A program made the position numbers and the translations under genes. 64,000 nt of DNA, from assembly GCA_000004985.1 (NCBI GenBank), contig GG738881.1. The stretch is one strand, 5' to 3'. Under the pieces are notes generated by a model. It had not been told where the DNA came from and ran no database searches. It was given only the letters and a program-made list of their open reading frames with translations. Source of the DNA: Naegleria gruberi (lineage: Eukaryota). Positions 21,386 to 34,752 of the stretch are shown here, piece by piece; the stretch's first letter is position 1, and every line of letters starts with the position of its first letter.

Positions 21386-22881
21386 CTAGTTAATATCACT
21401 AATTCTCTTGGGTATCATTTGTGTAATGTCCATATCTCCTACATTATATCTCGGCTTTTCCAATGTAATTTCTGCCAATTTTTCATTCTCTGCAAAGAAG
21501 GGAACAAAGCCAGTGCCTGATAGCTCAACTCCTGCAATGTGAAAAGATCGATCGAATGCCTTCAATAATCTGTAATCTTGCTTTCCTGCATCAAGTTCAA
21601 AATATCCCAATCCGTTAAGCCAATGACAAAAATCATTCACTTCACTTCTCTTATCAAATTCAATGAGTTCCATTGCAGAATACTTTGAAACTGGAGAGTG
21701 TGAAACAATATCTTTCAATTCCTTTGTGTAATGATAGACTCTTCCTTTTCCTTTCTTGATATCCTTCAAATAGCCTTGAATAGCTGCATTCTTTTCCATT
21801 CTCATTGAGATTGATTTTAAAATTCTCGAAACGAAATGTTGGCAATTACACAGCAAGGGATTATAATTTTTCGTTCCATTGAACAAGCAACAGATCGAAG
21901 CTATCGATTTGAATGCCTCCATTATATCTCTACTATCATTCAGCATGCCCAAATCAATCACTGCAATGGCATTTGTTGTAATAAACTTATTCCTAACAGA
22001 AACAAGTGAATCATTGTACCAATCCAATTGCCACTGTCCAATTATCAAACCAACATGGAATATTCCAAAAGTAGCAGGTATCAGTGTCCCAGCAATACCA
22101 ATCTTCTTATTAATTTGATTTCCAATCTCTGAAATGACCAACTTTACAGACATTCCAGCAGGAGTTTCCAAAGATCTTCTCTCTGGAGTGTGTCTAATTG
22201 GGAGGTAGAAATTTTCATACAAGAATCGATCTTCACAAACCCAATTCTGTACTTCAGCCACAATTTTAGCTTCCTCCAATTTTTTAGCACAAAATTCAAC
22301 TGCTTTCTTTTCCTTTTTAGTTAACATTTCATCTGAGAATAATTGTAAATGATCTTGAGAGAGGGATTCCCAGTCAACTTGTTTTGCAATAATGGAATGG
22401 CTTGGGTTGAGGGAAGTTTCTAATTTGGAATATGGTGTTTCTTTCAAATTCTTGGAACGTTCATAATCTCTATTGATCTTGGCAATTATTACTCTATCAA
22501 AGAATATATTTAATTCATCATCGGAAACTTGAACTTCTTCGTATTCTTTTAATAATTTACGACATTGCTTGATGATTCTCTTTCTTTCACACGAAACTTC
22601 TGTCTGATCATTTCTATGTATCGATTGATGCAAAGATTTAAATTTTAAACCACCAAATATCAAATTCGTAGAGTTTAGTATGGTTTCGAACCTTTCGAAT
22701 AAATCCTGTGGAACCTCCAAATATTTCATTAGAATTATAAAATCACCATGAGTATATTGATAGATGGGAGTTTCAACTATTCGCAATACTTCTGCCTGTT
22801 GTTTATTGCTAGAGTTGGGCGTTGATGATTTACTGTTGGTTGTTACCTTGGATGCTTTTGACTTGCCTGCTCCCATGGTTT
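21386..22881 (-). CDS. N-myristoylation-consensus protein with a C-terminal PPPDE/LRAT-like permuted papain-fold catalytic motif, paralog 1.
   Basis: The likely start is MGAGKSKASK (MGxxxS). The C-terminal half contains FGIFHVGLIIGQWQLDW (His) and, about 70 aa later, YNPLLCNCQHFVSRIL (Cys). This matches the H...NCxHF signature of the PPPDE/DeSI and LRAT/NlpC-P60 families. It is 45-50% identical to the gene at 25723-27311. Confidence 0.5.
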
Positions 22882-23452
22882 CGAATACTGCTTTATTTTT
22901 TACCGTTTCGCATAATGTTAATCTTGTGAAAAGAGACAAGTGCCAGCAAATAACATTATGAAATTTACAATAAAGGAAGAAAACATGAAGACAGAACCTC
23001 TTCAGTATCATCACTGATGAAGTAGCCGAAAGTCTCTAATTTCTAATATTGGAATTTTCATTAATATTCCTCTAGTGCAATAAATATTTCCAAATCCAAA
23101 TCTATTTGATGAGAAATTTGCGAAGAAACTCTTTCCGTCTCCATCATGCTTTGTGAAGAAACCAATTCATCATCACTTCTTTCCATCATGATGTATTTAT
23201 TATTATTAAACAATAATAAAAAACATTCGGGTGATGTTGATGAACGAAAAATATATTTCCCTCTCTCGCATTCTTTAACCCTAACACCACATATGAACCA
23301 TATTATAGAATGATAATATTCAAACAATCATACGCTCAGGGTGAATAATTTTCCTTCCCAAATCTTCCTCAGTTAGTATTGTATTTTTATTTTTTTTTAA
23401 AATTGAAAATCGTAACGGCTATTTGATGAACTTCAAACCAAATTAAAAAGAA

Positions 23453-24931
23453 ATGCCTCGAATTCTTAGCTTCCGTGAGGTGATCAGGAATGATATCGAT
23501 TATGCCTACCATTCCAGCACGACCTTCATCGATACAACCTACAGAAAATCGAATAAATTCATCTCCGATGGCGTTAAACAATTGAAAAACAATTGGAAGA
23601 TGAGAAAGCAAAATAGAGCAGAGAAGGAAATTCATCAGAAAACAAAGGCTTTCGAAAGCGAAAAGTATGCTGAAAAGTTGAGAAAGACAATGCCTAGTTA
23701 TGAAGGTTATGATCCGTATGCTAACTTGGGAGCTGGAGAAAGAATTCCTCATGATGCCTTAGTTTTTGTGCAGAAATCAATTATTGAGTTTTATAGGAAG
23801 GAGTTTGAAAAGTCACTTGATGATTTAAAGATTGCAAAGGTTTTGGATTTTAAATTGGATAATGTTTATTTGTATCATTACTTGGTTGGATATATGAGAT
23901 TTTTGAATGGAAAGTTTGCTAAGTCAATTGAGAGTTATAAGAGAGCTATTGAGTTGATGGATAATGTAGCGTTGGATGATTCAGAGTTGATTGGTTCTGT
24001 AGAAAAAGCAATTGTTGAAATAGAAGACAAGATGAAGCATACCTATGACAAGATCATGGACTATTTCAGTAAGGAGAAATCTACAAAGAAAGAATCGATT
24101 GTTAGCAGGGAAGAGCTTCACTATTGTATTGGTGTGTCATATTTTAGTGTTTCTTATTATAGGGATGCTATTAATCACCTCTCTGAGGCCATTTCTAGTA
24201 TGGAACTCTTGGAAAGAAATCAGGATCTTGATACTTTACTTCATCTTGCTTATTATTATAGAGGATATTCCAATTTTGGTAGTCATTCATTCACAACTGC
24301 TATCGAGGATTTTACAAAGAGTTTAGAGTTCAACAATCAAGACGAGAGAGCTAAACTAATGTTGAATAATTCAATGCAGAGAATGGGAGAAGAGCCAAAT
24401 CAAATTTGCCTTGCACCACCACCAACTGCGTTCCACTATAGATTGTTGAATGAGGAAATAATGGGTCATATCTTTAGCTATTTGAGAATTCACAGCCTTA
24501 GGACTCTCTCAATGACCTGTAAATATTGGAAAATTTTATCCATGAAGAGTTTACTTGATAGAGATTTGTGCATTTTACAATATGAGGAGTTTGTTAAGGA
24601 TCCTGACAATACTTTGAAATATGCAAATGAAAGTTCACTTACGGAAAAGCTCTTCATGCCAAAAAAATACCAATGTGAAATCTACACATTAATATATTAT
24701 GTATTGGAATCACCATTTTTCAAACACTACAAGAAGAAACAACGTGATATACATGTCATGTTTCCAAATTTTATTTGTGCTGTTGGTGGTGCTAATAGTT
24801 ATGTTTCGTACTTTTTTGGAAATTGTAAGAAATTGTACCTTTCCTGCATTACGTTTACTTCTATTTCCTACTATTATAATTCTTTTACTGAAAAGAAATA
24901 TCCAGTTGAGGAATTATTCATCATCAAGTAA
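23453..24931 (+). CDS. TPR-like / F-box-like hypothetical protein. A short 3' exon (about 25028..25264) may follow a gtaagt donor at 24930.
   Basis: It has an ATG start. TPR-like repeats are present (SIESYKRAIELMDN, AINHLSEAISSMEL). An F-box-like segment is present (MGHIFSYLRIHSLRTLSMTCKYWKIL). The ORF ends ...IIK immediately before gtaagt. Confidence 0.4.
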   Translation: MPRILSFREVIRNDIDYAYHSSTTFIDTTYRKSNKFISDGVKQLKNNWKMRKQNRAEKEIHQKTKAFESEKYAEKLRKTMPSYEGYDPYANLGAGERIPHDALVFVQKSIIEFYRKEFEKSLDDLKIAKVLDFKLDNVYLYHYLVGYMRFLNGKFAKSIESYKRAIELMDNVALDDSELIGSVEKAIVEIEDKMKHTYDKIMDYFSKEKSTKKESIVSREELHYCIGVSYFSVSYYRDAINHLSEAISSMELLERNQDLDTLLHLAYYYRGYSNFGSHSFTTAIEDFTKSLEFNNQDERAKLMLNNSMQRMGEEPNQICLAPPPTAFHYRLLNEEIMGHIFSYLRIHSLRTLSMTCKYWKILSMKSLLDRDLCILQYEEFVKDPDNTLKYANESSLTEKLFMPKKYQCEIYTLIYYVLESPFFKHYKKKQRDIHVMFPNFICAVGGANSYVSYFFGNCKKLYLSCITFTSISYYYNSFTEKKYPVEELFIIK

Positions 24932-25722
24932 GTTATCTCACCACACAATTCATACCCAATTTATTCAAGTCATACTAACTTCCAATTTGAGGAGAAGCAA
25001 TTTGCTTTTTTTAATACTTATCCAAATTTGAAACACGTTGCATTTGATATCAGGTCTCAAGATATTAAGCGAGATTTGTATAATCCATATTCTGTTAAGC
25101 TCTCACAAACAATAGATACATTCGAATACAGTGAATCATGTGAAGATTATATGAGAACTTTTGTTATTCCATTTAACTCACACATAACTTTCATAGCCTT
25201 TGAGAAAGGTAGAAAGGTTCCTCTTCCTTCGCCTTTTCTTGAAGAGTACCAAAGTTATTGAATACTCAAACGAAAATGTGTACGTTGTAATTGGTAAAAA
25301 GTAAAAAGGAAGTGGGAGCAATCAAGCACTTTCAGCACTTGATTAGACAGCAACCACCCTTATTCCACTTCCCCGAAAAGATCCGGTTATTGCAGCATGG
25401 TTACTCATGTATCGTTAGCATATTCTGGCGAGTTGAAGAGAAACGTGATTGGAAATAAGAAACTTGTGGTTTTAAAAATAAAATTTTAGAAATATCCATT
25501 CTGGAATGGACTTGTGTTGAATGGACACGCACAGAATGAGGCAACACAATGTTATTCATGTTTAAACTCTGTTAGTCCATAGGTTTTGGACTATTATCAA
25601 ACCGAAATTGAGTGGAAAAGATTGAAAGAGCTATTGATGAGAATGATTATATAAACGGTTCACGATTAGAGCAATATCTTTGAAATTGTAATAAATTCTC
25701 TGGTAATTTACAGTACCATTAT

Positions 25723-27311
25723 TTACAAATCACTCAAGGTATCATTTTCTGAAATTGTACTCGTTCCATCGGTTGCACTACCTGTTCCAGTATTGAGAAA
25801 ACATCTCTCTGGAACCAATTGAGCCAATTCCAAATTCTTCACATTGTAAGTTGGCTTATCGAGTGTAATTTCTGAAATCTTATCCTTGGCAAAGAATGAA
25901 ACATATTTGATTCCATTTTCTTCGTATTCATCGGCTACCCACATTCCCAAAGTGTCATCTCTGTTCATGTGAAAAGATCTATCAAATGCTTTCAAAAGTC
26001 TGTAATCTTCCATTCCAGAAACTGAATCAAAATAATTTAAACCATTCAACCAGTGACAAAACTGATCGAGTTGAATTCTTGTTTCGAATTTGATTTTTGA
26101 AAGTGAGGCATACTTTTCATGATGCACATTATTCACTTTGATCAGTTGTTTCAACTCAGATGTATAATGATAAATTCTTCCTTCCTTTCCCTTCTTGATA
26201 TCTTTCAGATATCTAACAATTGATTTGTTTTTTGGTAAACCAACTTGTATGACCTTCAGTAAAAGGGAAACAAAATGTTGGCAATTACACTTGAATTTGT
26301 CATAGATTTTCGAACCATTGAATTCGCAACAAATCTCAGAAATGTCTTCAAACGCAGCCATGATAGAATTTACGTTTGTCAATGGTTCCAAATCAATAAC
26401 AGCAATGCAACCTTTAGATTGAAATACCTTTTCAGTTGCTCTTCTCACTTTCACCACCGAATGAACATCCCAATCAAATTTCCACTCTCCAACAATCAAA
26501 GAAACATGAAAAATTCCAAACGGAAACAAATTACCCAATTGACCCATTTTTCTATTCGGTCTTTCCTCAATTTCTGTAATCACCAACTTGACAGGCATGT
26601 AAGCATCAGATTGAGGATTCACTCTACTCGTATTATATCTAATAGGAAGATAGAAGGTCTCATATAAAAACCTATCTTTACACACCATGTTCTGAATCAT
26701 TTTTCTAAATTCATTCAAAACAGCTTGATGCATTCCTTCACTTTCATTCTTTAATTCTCTTTCTGGTTCTTGTAATTTTTTACAACAATTATCAAAATAT
26801 TGACATTCTTCTTCTGTTAATCGATCCATTTCGAATAATTCCAAATGATCTTTTGACATTTCAAGTTCTTTAACTCTGCCAGCACTCAAAACTCTTGAAC
26901 CATTAATGTCATATTTCGAATATATTGTAGGATGTTTGTAATTTTTAGTTCTTTCAATGTCCATGTTAATTTTTTCAATTACCACATGATCAAGAAAATT
27001 TTCCAAATCTTGTTTCGTCAATTCAATTCCCATTTCTATTGTCTTTCGAATAATTTTATCTTTTTTACGTTGGATAGAGTATGAATTTCTTCGGAGGATG
27101 GCAACAAATAAACTTTCAAAGTAAGAACCATGTAATTCGTATTTAGAAAATGCTTGACTAAACATTTCTTCCTTTTCAAAATTTAAATATTTCATTAGTG
27201 TGATGAAATCCGAATGTTTGTAGAGGTGAATAGGTTTAGAATCCACGGCTAACTGTTGTGATGGAGTTTCGTCTTGTTTCTTGTTGCTGGCGGATAGTTT
27301 CAAGCCCATAT
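25723..27311 (-). CDS. N-myristoylation-consensus protein with a PPPDE/LRAT-like motif, paralog 2.
   Basis: The likely start is MGLKLSASNKK. It carries FGIFHVSLIVGEWKFDW and KFKCNCQHFVSLLLKVI. It is collinear with paralog 1 along its whole length, including the blocks FYLPIR, YLKDIKKGK, FCHWLNGL and DYRLLKAFDRSFH. Confidence 0.5.
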
Positions 27312-28358
27312 CTTGTGGTTTCGTTCTGATTTTTTTGTGAGTTTTGTGAAAGTTGACATTGGCTAAAAGTAAGAAAAGCATTAGGGCACATTATGCTATT
27401 TAAAATGGTGCCCTTGAATAAACTTGTATCACTGTACCACCTTCTAATAATTTCGAATTGGAAAGAAGACGAATGTTTCCAATTAACAAATTAAAAATTC
27501 AGTTCAGTTATTTCATATTGTAATGTACAACAATAAGAAACCAATTTACTTTTGTTAATCTCAATCTGCAAAGTTGTTAATTACTTCCACTTTTGTTTAC
27601 TTCCATTTATAACAATCTAATTCCCGCCAACAAAATTAAAAAATATATTAAATTAAAAAATGTTGACTTGATCGGAAAGATATGTATCACAAACATGTGT
27701 GATAAATTAAAAACGAAAAGTGTTCGGGATGGTCCATTAATATCGGATGTATTAGCGTGAACCATGTTCGAGCGATCATTTAAAACATGTTTGTTCAAAT
27801 CATTCAATTTGCAATAACGAGAGGATGATTGAAATGAACGTGGTGCACCCGAGGAAGAAGCGAGAGAATCCAACACACCATTACGGCCGTTATCTTGACA
27901 TTTTTATTATCGACAAACGTTACATGAACATTTGTCAATTTACCAACAAATAAGAACGCAACAAAATGTAAAGAGAAGGAGAGCCACTTTATGCTTTGTA
28001 AATATTATTTGTGCTATTTTTGTAGTGTCTGATAATTCTCAATGGTTAGAACAACCCTTAATAGTGTTCATCTCTGACCAAAACAAATTATCAATTGATT
28101 CATCAATTGTTTTTTCAGCGACAGTATAGACACCCTATTTTAGAGTCTTAGCAGATATGGTTATTAATTTGGTGAGGAGGAATTGGAGAGGAACTCTTGG
28201 AGATAGAGTTTGTTGTGTCAGTATCATATTATTCTATGAACTTTCAAGCAATCCGTCATCGATAGGTAAGGCAATCTTGAGAGACTTTTTGAGGGTATTT
28301 CCACTTGCTCACAACTTCATACACACAGAGACTAAAAAGACTCAAAATAACAAACAAA

Positions 28359-31300
28359 ATGAGCGAAATACATACAGAAACGACAGACTCTTCTGGTACC
28401 TCTAAGAGTACCTTCTCGAATAATATGAGGGAAAAGTTTGGAACGTGGATAATGTTGATGAGGAAGGGAAATCCCTCATTGAGCAAACTCTGGTTCATTA
28501 CCAATTTACTGGTAGAAATATACATGTTGTGGTGCGCCATGTTCATACCGACCCTTAAAGATTATAAGTGGGGTTTATATGGGAACTATGTATTTTGGGC
28601 AGCTAACTTTCCCATTGGCTTTCTATTGGACTGGCTTAGCTATTACGATTCAGTAGTAGTAACAATTATATTCTATCTTTTTCTAATAATGTGCTACGCG
28701 ATATTGGCAGTGGCTACATGGAGCAAAGCAAGAGGAAAAAAACATGGACACATCTTTTCGAAAATTCTCACAGTCCTCATGCTCATGTGTCGATTATTCT
28801 TCCCTGCTATTCTGTTTAATATTGTTGGATACTTTGACTGCTCAACAAGTTCTATGATTCCACTGACAGATTTATATTCCCTTAATAGATTTCCAACAGT
28901 GGCATGTGTGGACACACTTAATAGTATTCTGATTTTAATCTCGGTATTTTATTGTATTCTATTGTACATTTTCCTATTGTTATCTGAAATATTAACAATA
29001 GATCTTCATCCAAAGAGTAATAATTTATTCACACGTAATTCATATTGGACGAGTATTGCTATGAGAACAAGTTCATTTGTTGCTATTTTGGTAATGTTTA
29101 CGATTCCAAAAGAGTATGCATTCATCTCAGCAATTGTAAATATTATAACATCAACACTGGTAATGATTAAAACAGTGAGAGGTATACCATTCTATAGAAC
29201 CTATATCAATTCATTAATGTTTGGAGTATCATGTGGATGCATTACAAGCTCATGTGGAACTTTGTTGGCTTTCCTAGTCAATAATTCAGATATGGGAGGA
29301 GATGTATTCAACTACATTGGAATTGGGGTTTCGGGTTTAACGATATTATTGACCATGTTGAGTTTAATTGTTGGATTTGCAGGATTTGAGATTTATCTGC
29401 GGATGATTAGAAAGTGGCTCCTCAAAGAAATTATCAAGCAAATAGATGTCCACAAGAAATATCAAAAGCCAGAAGAAACTACAATAAGCGACAATTTCCT
29501 TCATGTAAATATTTCAGGATTGAAGAGGTCAACAGATGTTCAAGCAGCAGCAATGAGTGACGCAGGTTACAATCAATTTATTCAATATTTGAAAGACTCT
29601 CCTTTCAAGTACAAAAGACCAATACTCCTTCTCTTTCGATTGGATCTGATTAATGAGGAGGTTACTATTGAAAACGGAGAAGAAGAAATTAAACTTCACG
29701 ATATTGTTATGAGATTAGGGAAAGGTATCATTCAAAGAGGATATGAAGATCGCGAAATGTTAGAATCTGTTGCCATGATGTTTGCTTTTTGCCATCATGA
29801 ATCTCAATCATACCTGTCCATAGCCATTGAATTACTGGTTAAAAGTCACAGACATTCATCAATTTTCACACACGGCCTTAGCTCGATTAAAATTAAGGAA
29901 ATACAAAGTTTGGAAGAAGCAGCCAAATCTGATGGTATTGTATCACCTGGATATTTCAAAATCCAAACCATCAAGAAGAATCAAGAGATGATCACTGCTC
30001 TTCATAAGGATTTTTTCAAGGAATTATTAAATGATCCTATCAAGATTTCCAACCTCAAATCAATAATGAGGAAAACCAGTGAACTTTGTAGAACATGTGA
30101 AAATCTATTTAGAACATTGCTATTACATAGAAACAAGCGTATCCTTTATCTGTATGCTAGTTATGTGGAAATTGTGTACTTTGACAAGGAAACAGCCCNN
30201 NNNNNNNNNNNNNNNNNNNNNNNNNNNNNNNNNNNNNNNNNNNNNNNNATGACGATTCGGATGATCCTCTATTTGATGACAGCGTAAGCGTTGGTGGAGG
30301 AGCAGGCGAACTGAAAAAGGACTATTTGTTTAGAAATGCTTTGAAATCATCCAAACCAAAAATTGGAGCCAAATCTTTGCTAATAATTTTTATAGTATTG
30401 GGATTAGTAATGATTGCAACTGCCATTGGCTTTTCAGCTTATCATGGAATTGCAATTAAGAGCAACATTTTCAATTCGAGCATTGTTTGCATTCCACAAA
30501 TTATTTCTGCATCAGTTATCAAAAATATCAGATCAATGCAAAACTGGATCAATATATTTGTATTGTCTGGTTATGAATGGCCAACTGAAAGAAATGGATA
30601 CGAGATGCCTTCACCAAGTGTAAGTGATATTGTTAGTTGAACATACATATGTTAACATTGTTATCAGATATATTTGAGAAATTTCACAGATAGTATTGAG
30701 ACTTCAATTTTCAATATCAGAGAGTTGATAGCATTGGGACAATCTCTTGTGTTTGATGTTTCAACATTAACTTCATACGGTAAATCTATGCATTCATTCA
30801 AAATTCCAAGCGTGAATGGAACTGACGGATTCAATACAAAACAATACATTGGAGAACCAGAAATCAGAAAAGTATCCGTTGTTGAAATTTCTAACTTATT
30901 GATTCAATACATGGACAAACACATGGCTCAATTCCCAGAAACTGACATCTTGAATTATTTCAATTCCACAAGTGAGGCAACAAAAGTAGAAATTCAACAA
31001 AATTTGAAGAATTCAACATTCATGAATCCAGTTAAAGATTATGATTTTATGTTATTATGGCTTAACACACCAATAGCTTCACAAGCATATAAGGATTTTT
31101 GTATTGATTTTGTTGAATTGAGCTCTGATAGTGTTGCCTCACTTCAATATCAATCTCAATATTTCTTCCTTTGTGTTTTAGTATCCTATATTACATTTGG
31201 ATTATGCACGGCTATATATATCATTGTAGAGTTGAGATATATTGATAGATTGATAAAATTATTTGAGAAGGAAATTGGAAAGGATGTTATTGGAAAGATT

Positions 31301-33563
31301 TATCAAAAGTTATCGTCAAAGAATGATACTGAAACTTCATTGAGCACTTCTATACTTACAAAATTTGCTAGATTCGATGCCTTTGTAGTCATTTCAATTC
31401 TTGTCATCTCAATGATAGTGCCACTGATTGTTGGTTTAATTTACTATGAAACAAGTTTTAACATTACAACTGCATTGGTAAACTATGTCGATGTTAAATC
31501 AAGTTTTGAATGTGCACAAACAATGATGTTATCATCATTCTACACTACTGAAATGAGCATCTACTTTGCAATTCCATCTTTGAGTTATTCCACCAAGAAC
31601 CTCAAATATTATGGTCATCCTTATTTCAATTCTCGCTCGTTCTCAGAATTAAGCCTAGAGATAAAACAACAAGCTGATACTGCAAGCGCTAACTGGAATG
31701 ATTTATTATATGGAGATGTTAACAAAACCAATGATCTTCCAGTTTTGGGATCATATCCAACTGTTGATAACCTGCTGTATGGTGAAAAAAACTGTAGCCT
31801 CTATTTACAACAAAGAAATATTCCATTTTCCTATGATTCCTTCATTGAATATTGTCATGGGCTAGAAAATGTAGTGACTGAATACTTGGCACTGACTTCT
31901 GAAGTGACTGAGAATACTAGAGATCATTATCTGACACAATCAAGAAATCCCAATATTATAATAGATCCATTGGATATTTATTTACAACACCATGATCTAT
32001 TCAGAATGTCTCTCCCCCTAACCAAAAAGCTGAAGAGTTTTGTTCGTGAATTTGTTGATTATGCATCAACGCTATCCACTGGATATGTGATTGGAGCAAA
32101 TTTATTTGGATTAATATTTATTGCTTTTCTTTCTTTTATGATTTATACAGTAATGACAAATTATTGGGATACTTTACAAAAAGTAAGAATAATGCTCAAC
32201 TATTTACCTTTGGATACTATTGATAGAAATGATGTATTGAGAAACAACGTGCTTTATCACTCATATCCATCAATAGTAGAAATTAATGTGTTGAATAACA
32301 GCTCAAAAAGAAGTAGCAACAATACATACTTGGAAAACTTGTCAGAATTCATCAATAATCACATTGAAGGAACAGCTGTTCTCAATGAAAAAGGAGAAGT
32401 GGAGGTAATCAATGTTTCAGCTCACAGAATGTTTGGAAGTAAACCTGCAGATATTTTGGGAGCTACATTCTTTAAACTGGTTGAGAATAGTTATTTGGAC
32501 AAGATGAAAAAGACAATGAGTTCATTATGTGAGGCAGCTAAAAAAGCTTCTGAAGCTACCACATCTGAGCAATCAAAATTGACAGACACTATTGAGGTGG
32601 ATTGTTTTAGAATGAATCAAACCAAATTCCCTGCCAAATTATCATTTTTTACCAGTAATATTACAGGAAAGGGAATTATGATTGTTTGCACCATTAAGGA
32701 TATCACTTCAGAGAAGAAACAAAATGCCCTCCTTGCAGAAGAAAAGAAAAATTCTGAAAATCTCTTGAAGAATATATTACCTGAGGGTGTAGCAGCAAGA
32801 TTAAAGAAGGGTGAAACATTCATTGCTGAGAAATTGAATGACATTACATGTTTCTTTTCAGATATGGTTGGATTCACCAAAATTTCAAGCAATATGCAAG
32901 CAACAGATCTTGTCAAAATGTTGAATTATGTTGTGAATGGATTTGACAAATTGACTGAAAAGTATGATTTGGAAAAGATCAAAACCATTGGAGATGCTTA
33001 CTTTGTGGTTGGAGGACTCAAAGGTTCTTCAGACCATCCTGAAAGTATGCTCAAATTTGCAATTGAAACATTTGATGTAATTAAGGATTTCAACACGAAT
33101 GGAACGCTTCACAATGGAGAATTTTTAAATATCAGAGTTGGAATTAACACTGGTTCATGTGTTGCAGGTGTAATTGGTGTAAGTATCATTACAAAAATAT
33201 ATAATTAATATTATTAATTAACTGAATTAGATTAAAAAATTTGCCTATGATTTATGGGGTGATACCATCAATACAGCCTCTCGTATGGAATCAACAGGAG
33301 TTCCCGGAAGGATTCAAATTTCCAGAACAACCTATGAAAGAGTTTATGATTTGGGCTTTGAATTTGATGAAAGACAAGTTGAAGTGAAAGGAAAAGGACG
33401 TATGCAAGCATATCTTCTCAATTCCAAACATCATACCAATCCAGATCCATCTAAATCCACTCCAATTGGAGGTGATGATGCAGATGGTGAGGTGGTAGTT
33501 CAGAAATTAAACCAAGGTCAATCAATGTTCATTGAATCTACTACAATGGAAGAAAACTAAAAA
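28359..33563 (+). CDS. Multi-pass membrane class III nucleotidyl (adenylyl/guanylyl) cyclase with a PAS-like domain. Four exons, with the first interrupted by a 50-N gap.
   Basis: The proposed structure is join(28359..30198,[gap],30251..30619,30668..33178,33231..33563). The gap is of unknown length and the reading frame changes across it. There are two clusters of hydrophobic helices. A PAS-like segment is present (VLNEKGEVEVINVSAHRMFGSKPADILGATFFKLV). The cyclase catalytic core ITCFFSDMVGFT...IKTIGDAYFVVGGL...VGINTGSCVAGVIG|IKKFAYDLWGDTINTASRMES spans the last intron (gtaagt..aattag). Confidence 0.7.
30199..30248. other. Assembly gap (50 N) inside the cyclase first exon.
   Basis: Run of N. 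Confidence 0.95.
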
Positions 33564-33680
33564 TTATTGGGGGCCTATAGCATCTCCATACGGATTTTTA
33601 CCAATAAAAAAGATATTCCTCGCCAAGTTTCCTTTTATATTCATCTCCGCGCCTTTAGGAAGAAATTTAAATTTAAAAAA

Positions 33681-34418
33681 ATGCAAAAAATTCAAAATAA
33701 AAAAATGTTTGAACCAAAACTAATTTCCCGCCCAATGTCATCCCATTCCTCACGATCAAATAGTTTAAAAACCATTTCCAGAATTAGTGGATTGAGTTTA
33801 ATAATAATGTTCTTTGCAGCCATGCACGCAGAAATGATGGTCAGAGCAAAACTAATCATTCCGAATAATGTTCATCAAACGCTCGATAATATTCGTGATC
33901 ATAATTGGTTGTTTTATAGTGGCTTGCTTTCTTATTTAATTGTTTTAATGTGTGATTTGGTAGTTTCTGTCGGAATGCACATTTACCTGAAGAGATTTGA
34001 TGAGAAATTGTCGTGGATTGTTGCATCAATGAGAGTGATTTATACAATGATATTTTCCTATGCCATTATACAATTGTTTGTTGGGTTTCAATTGGCGCTT
34101 CATCCAAAATTTGAAAAGCAAGTGACTTGTATGAAGTATTTTGAAGAGTTTGAAATGATTTTCAATGGAGCTTTGATTTTATTTGGAGTTTATTTGATAT
34201 TTGCTGCTTGGTTGTGTAAGAAATCGAATTTAATTTACAAGTGGGTCTGTATTTTGTTGGCTATTGCTGGATTGGCTTATTGTGTGGATAATATTTTAAA
34301 GTTGAGTTATAGTAAGGAATATTATGTGGAACATTATCAATCTGTGACCCTGCCTCTTGTTGCTATTCCAGCAATATTTGGAGAAGTAGGATTGGCTATT
34401 TCACTACTCAGACAGTGA
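33681..34418 (+). CDS. Hypothetical multi-pass membrane protein with about 6 predicted TM helices.
   Basis: The first ATG is in frame, because the track start is a TTG. There are repeated 20-25-residue hydrophobic stretches. No recognisable motif. Confidence 0.3.
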   Translation: MQKIQNKKMFEPKLISRPMSSHSSRSNSLKTISRISGLSLIIMFFAAMHAEMMVRAKLIIPNNVHQTLDNIRDHNWLFYSGLLSYLIVLMCDLVVSVGMHIYLKRFDEKLSWIVASMRVIYTMIFSYAIIQLFVGFQLALHPKFEKQVTCMKYFEEFEMIFNGALILFGVYLIFAAWLCKKSNLIYKWVCILLAIAGLAYCVDNILKLSYSKEYYVEHYQSVTLPLVAIPAIFGEVGLAISLLRQ

Positions 34419-34752
34419 ATTTGATATAAATAATTTCAATTATAATTGGAAAATAATTCACTCATTAATACTTATGGGATTGACAGAGATCGGAGAATGT
34501 TTTCTAAACCATTAGCAAGCTTTCTTATAATTGCAGAAAATAACCAAACCAAAAGAAATGTCAGAAGTCAGTCCCATTTATTGTTAAACTATTACCAATA
34601 ATCACCACAGCTACATTTTCCATCTTTGATATGATGATACCTATTGGCATCTCTTACAATAATTTCCATGCCTACAAAGTGATTTCTCTTTTTCTTCCTC
34701 TGATGTCAGTTGGGTATGAGTTGTTTTATTCAGAAACTAATATTTCAAACAA

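Noticed and set aside
25300-25440. A slightly GC-richer island in the convergent intergenic region, suspected to be a small ncRNA (snRNA or SRP RNA).
   Set aside because: I could not match it to any snRNA consensus (U1-U6, 7SL) or fold it into a convincing structure by eye. It is left unannotated.
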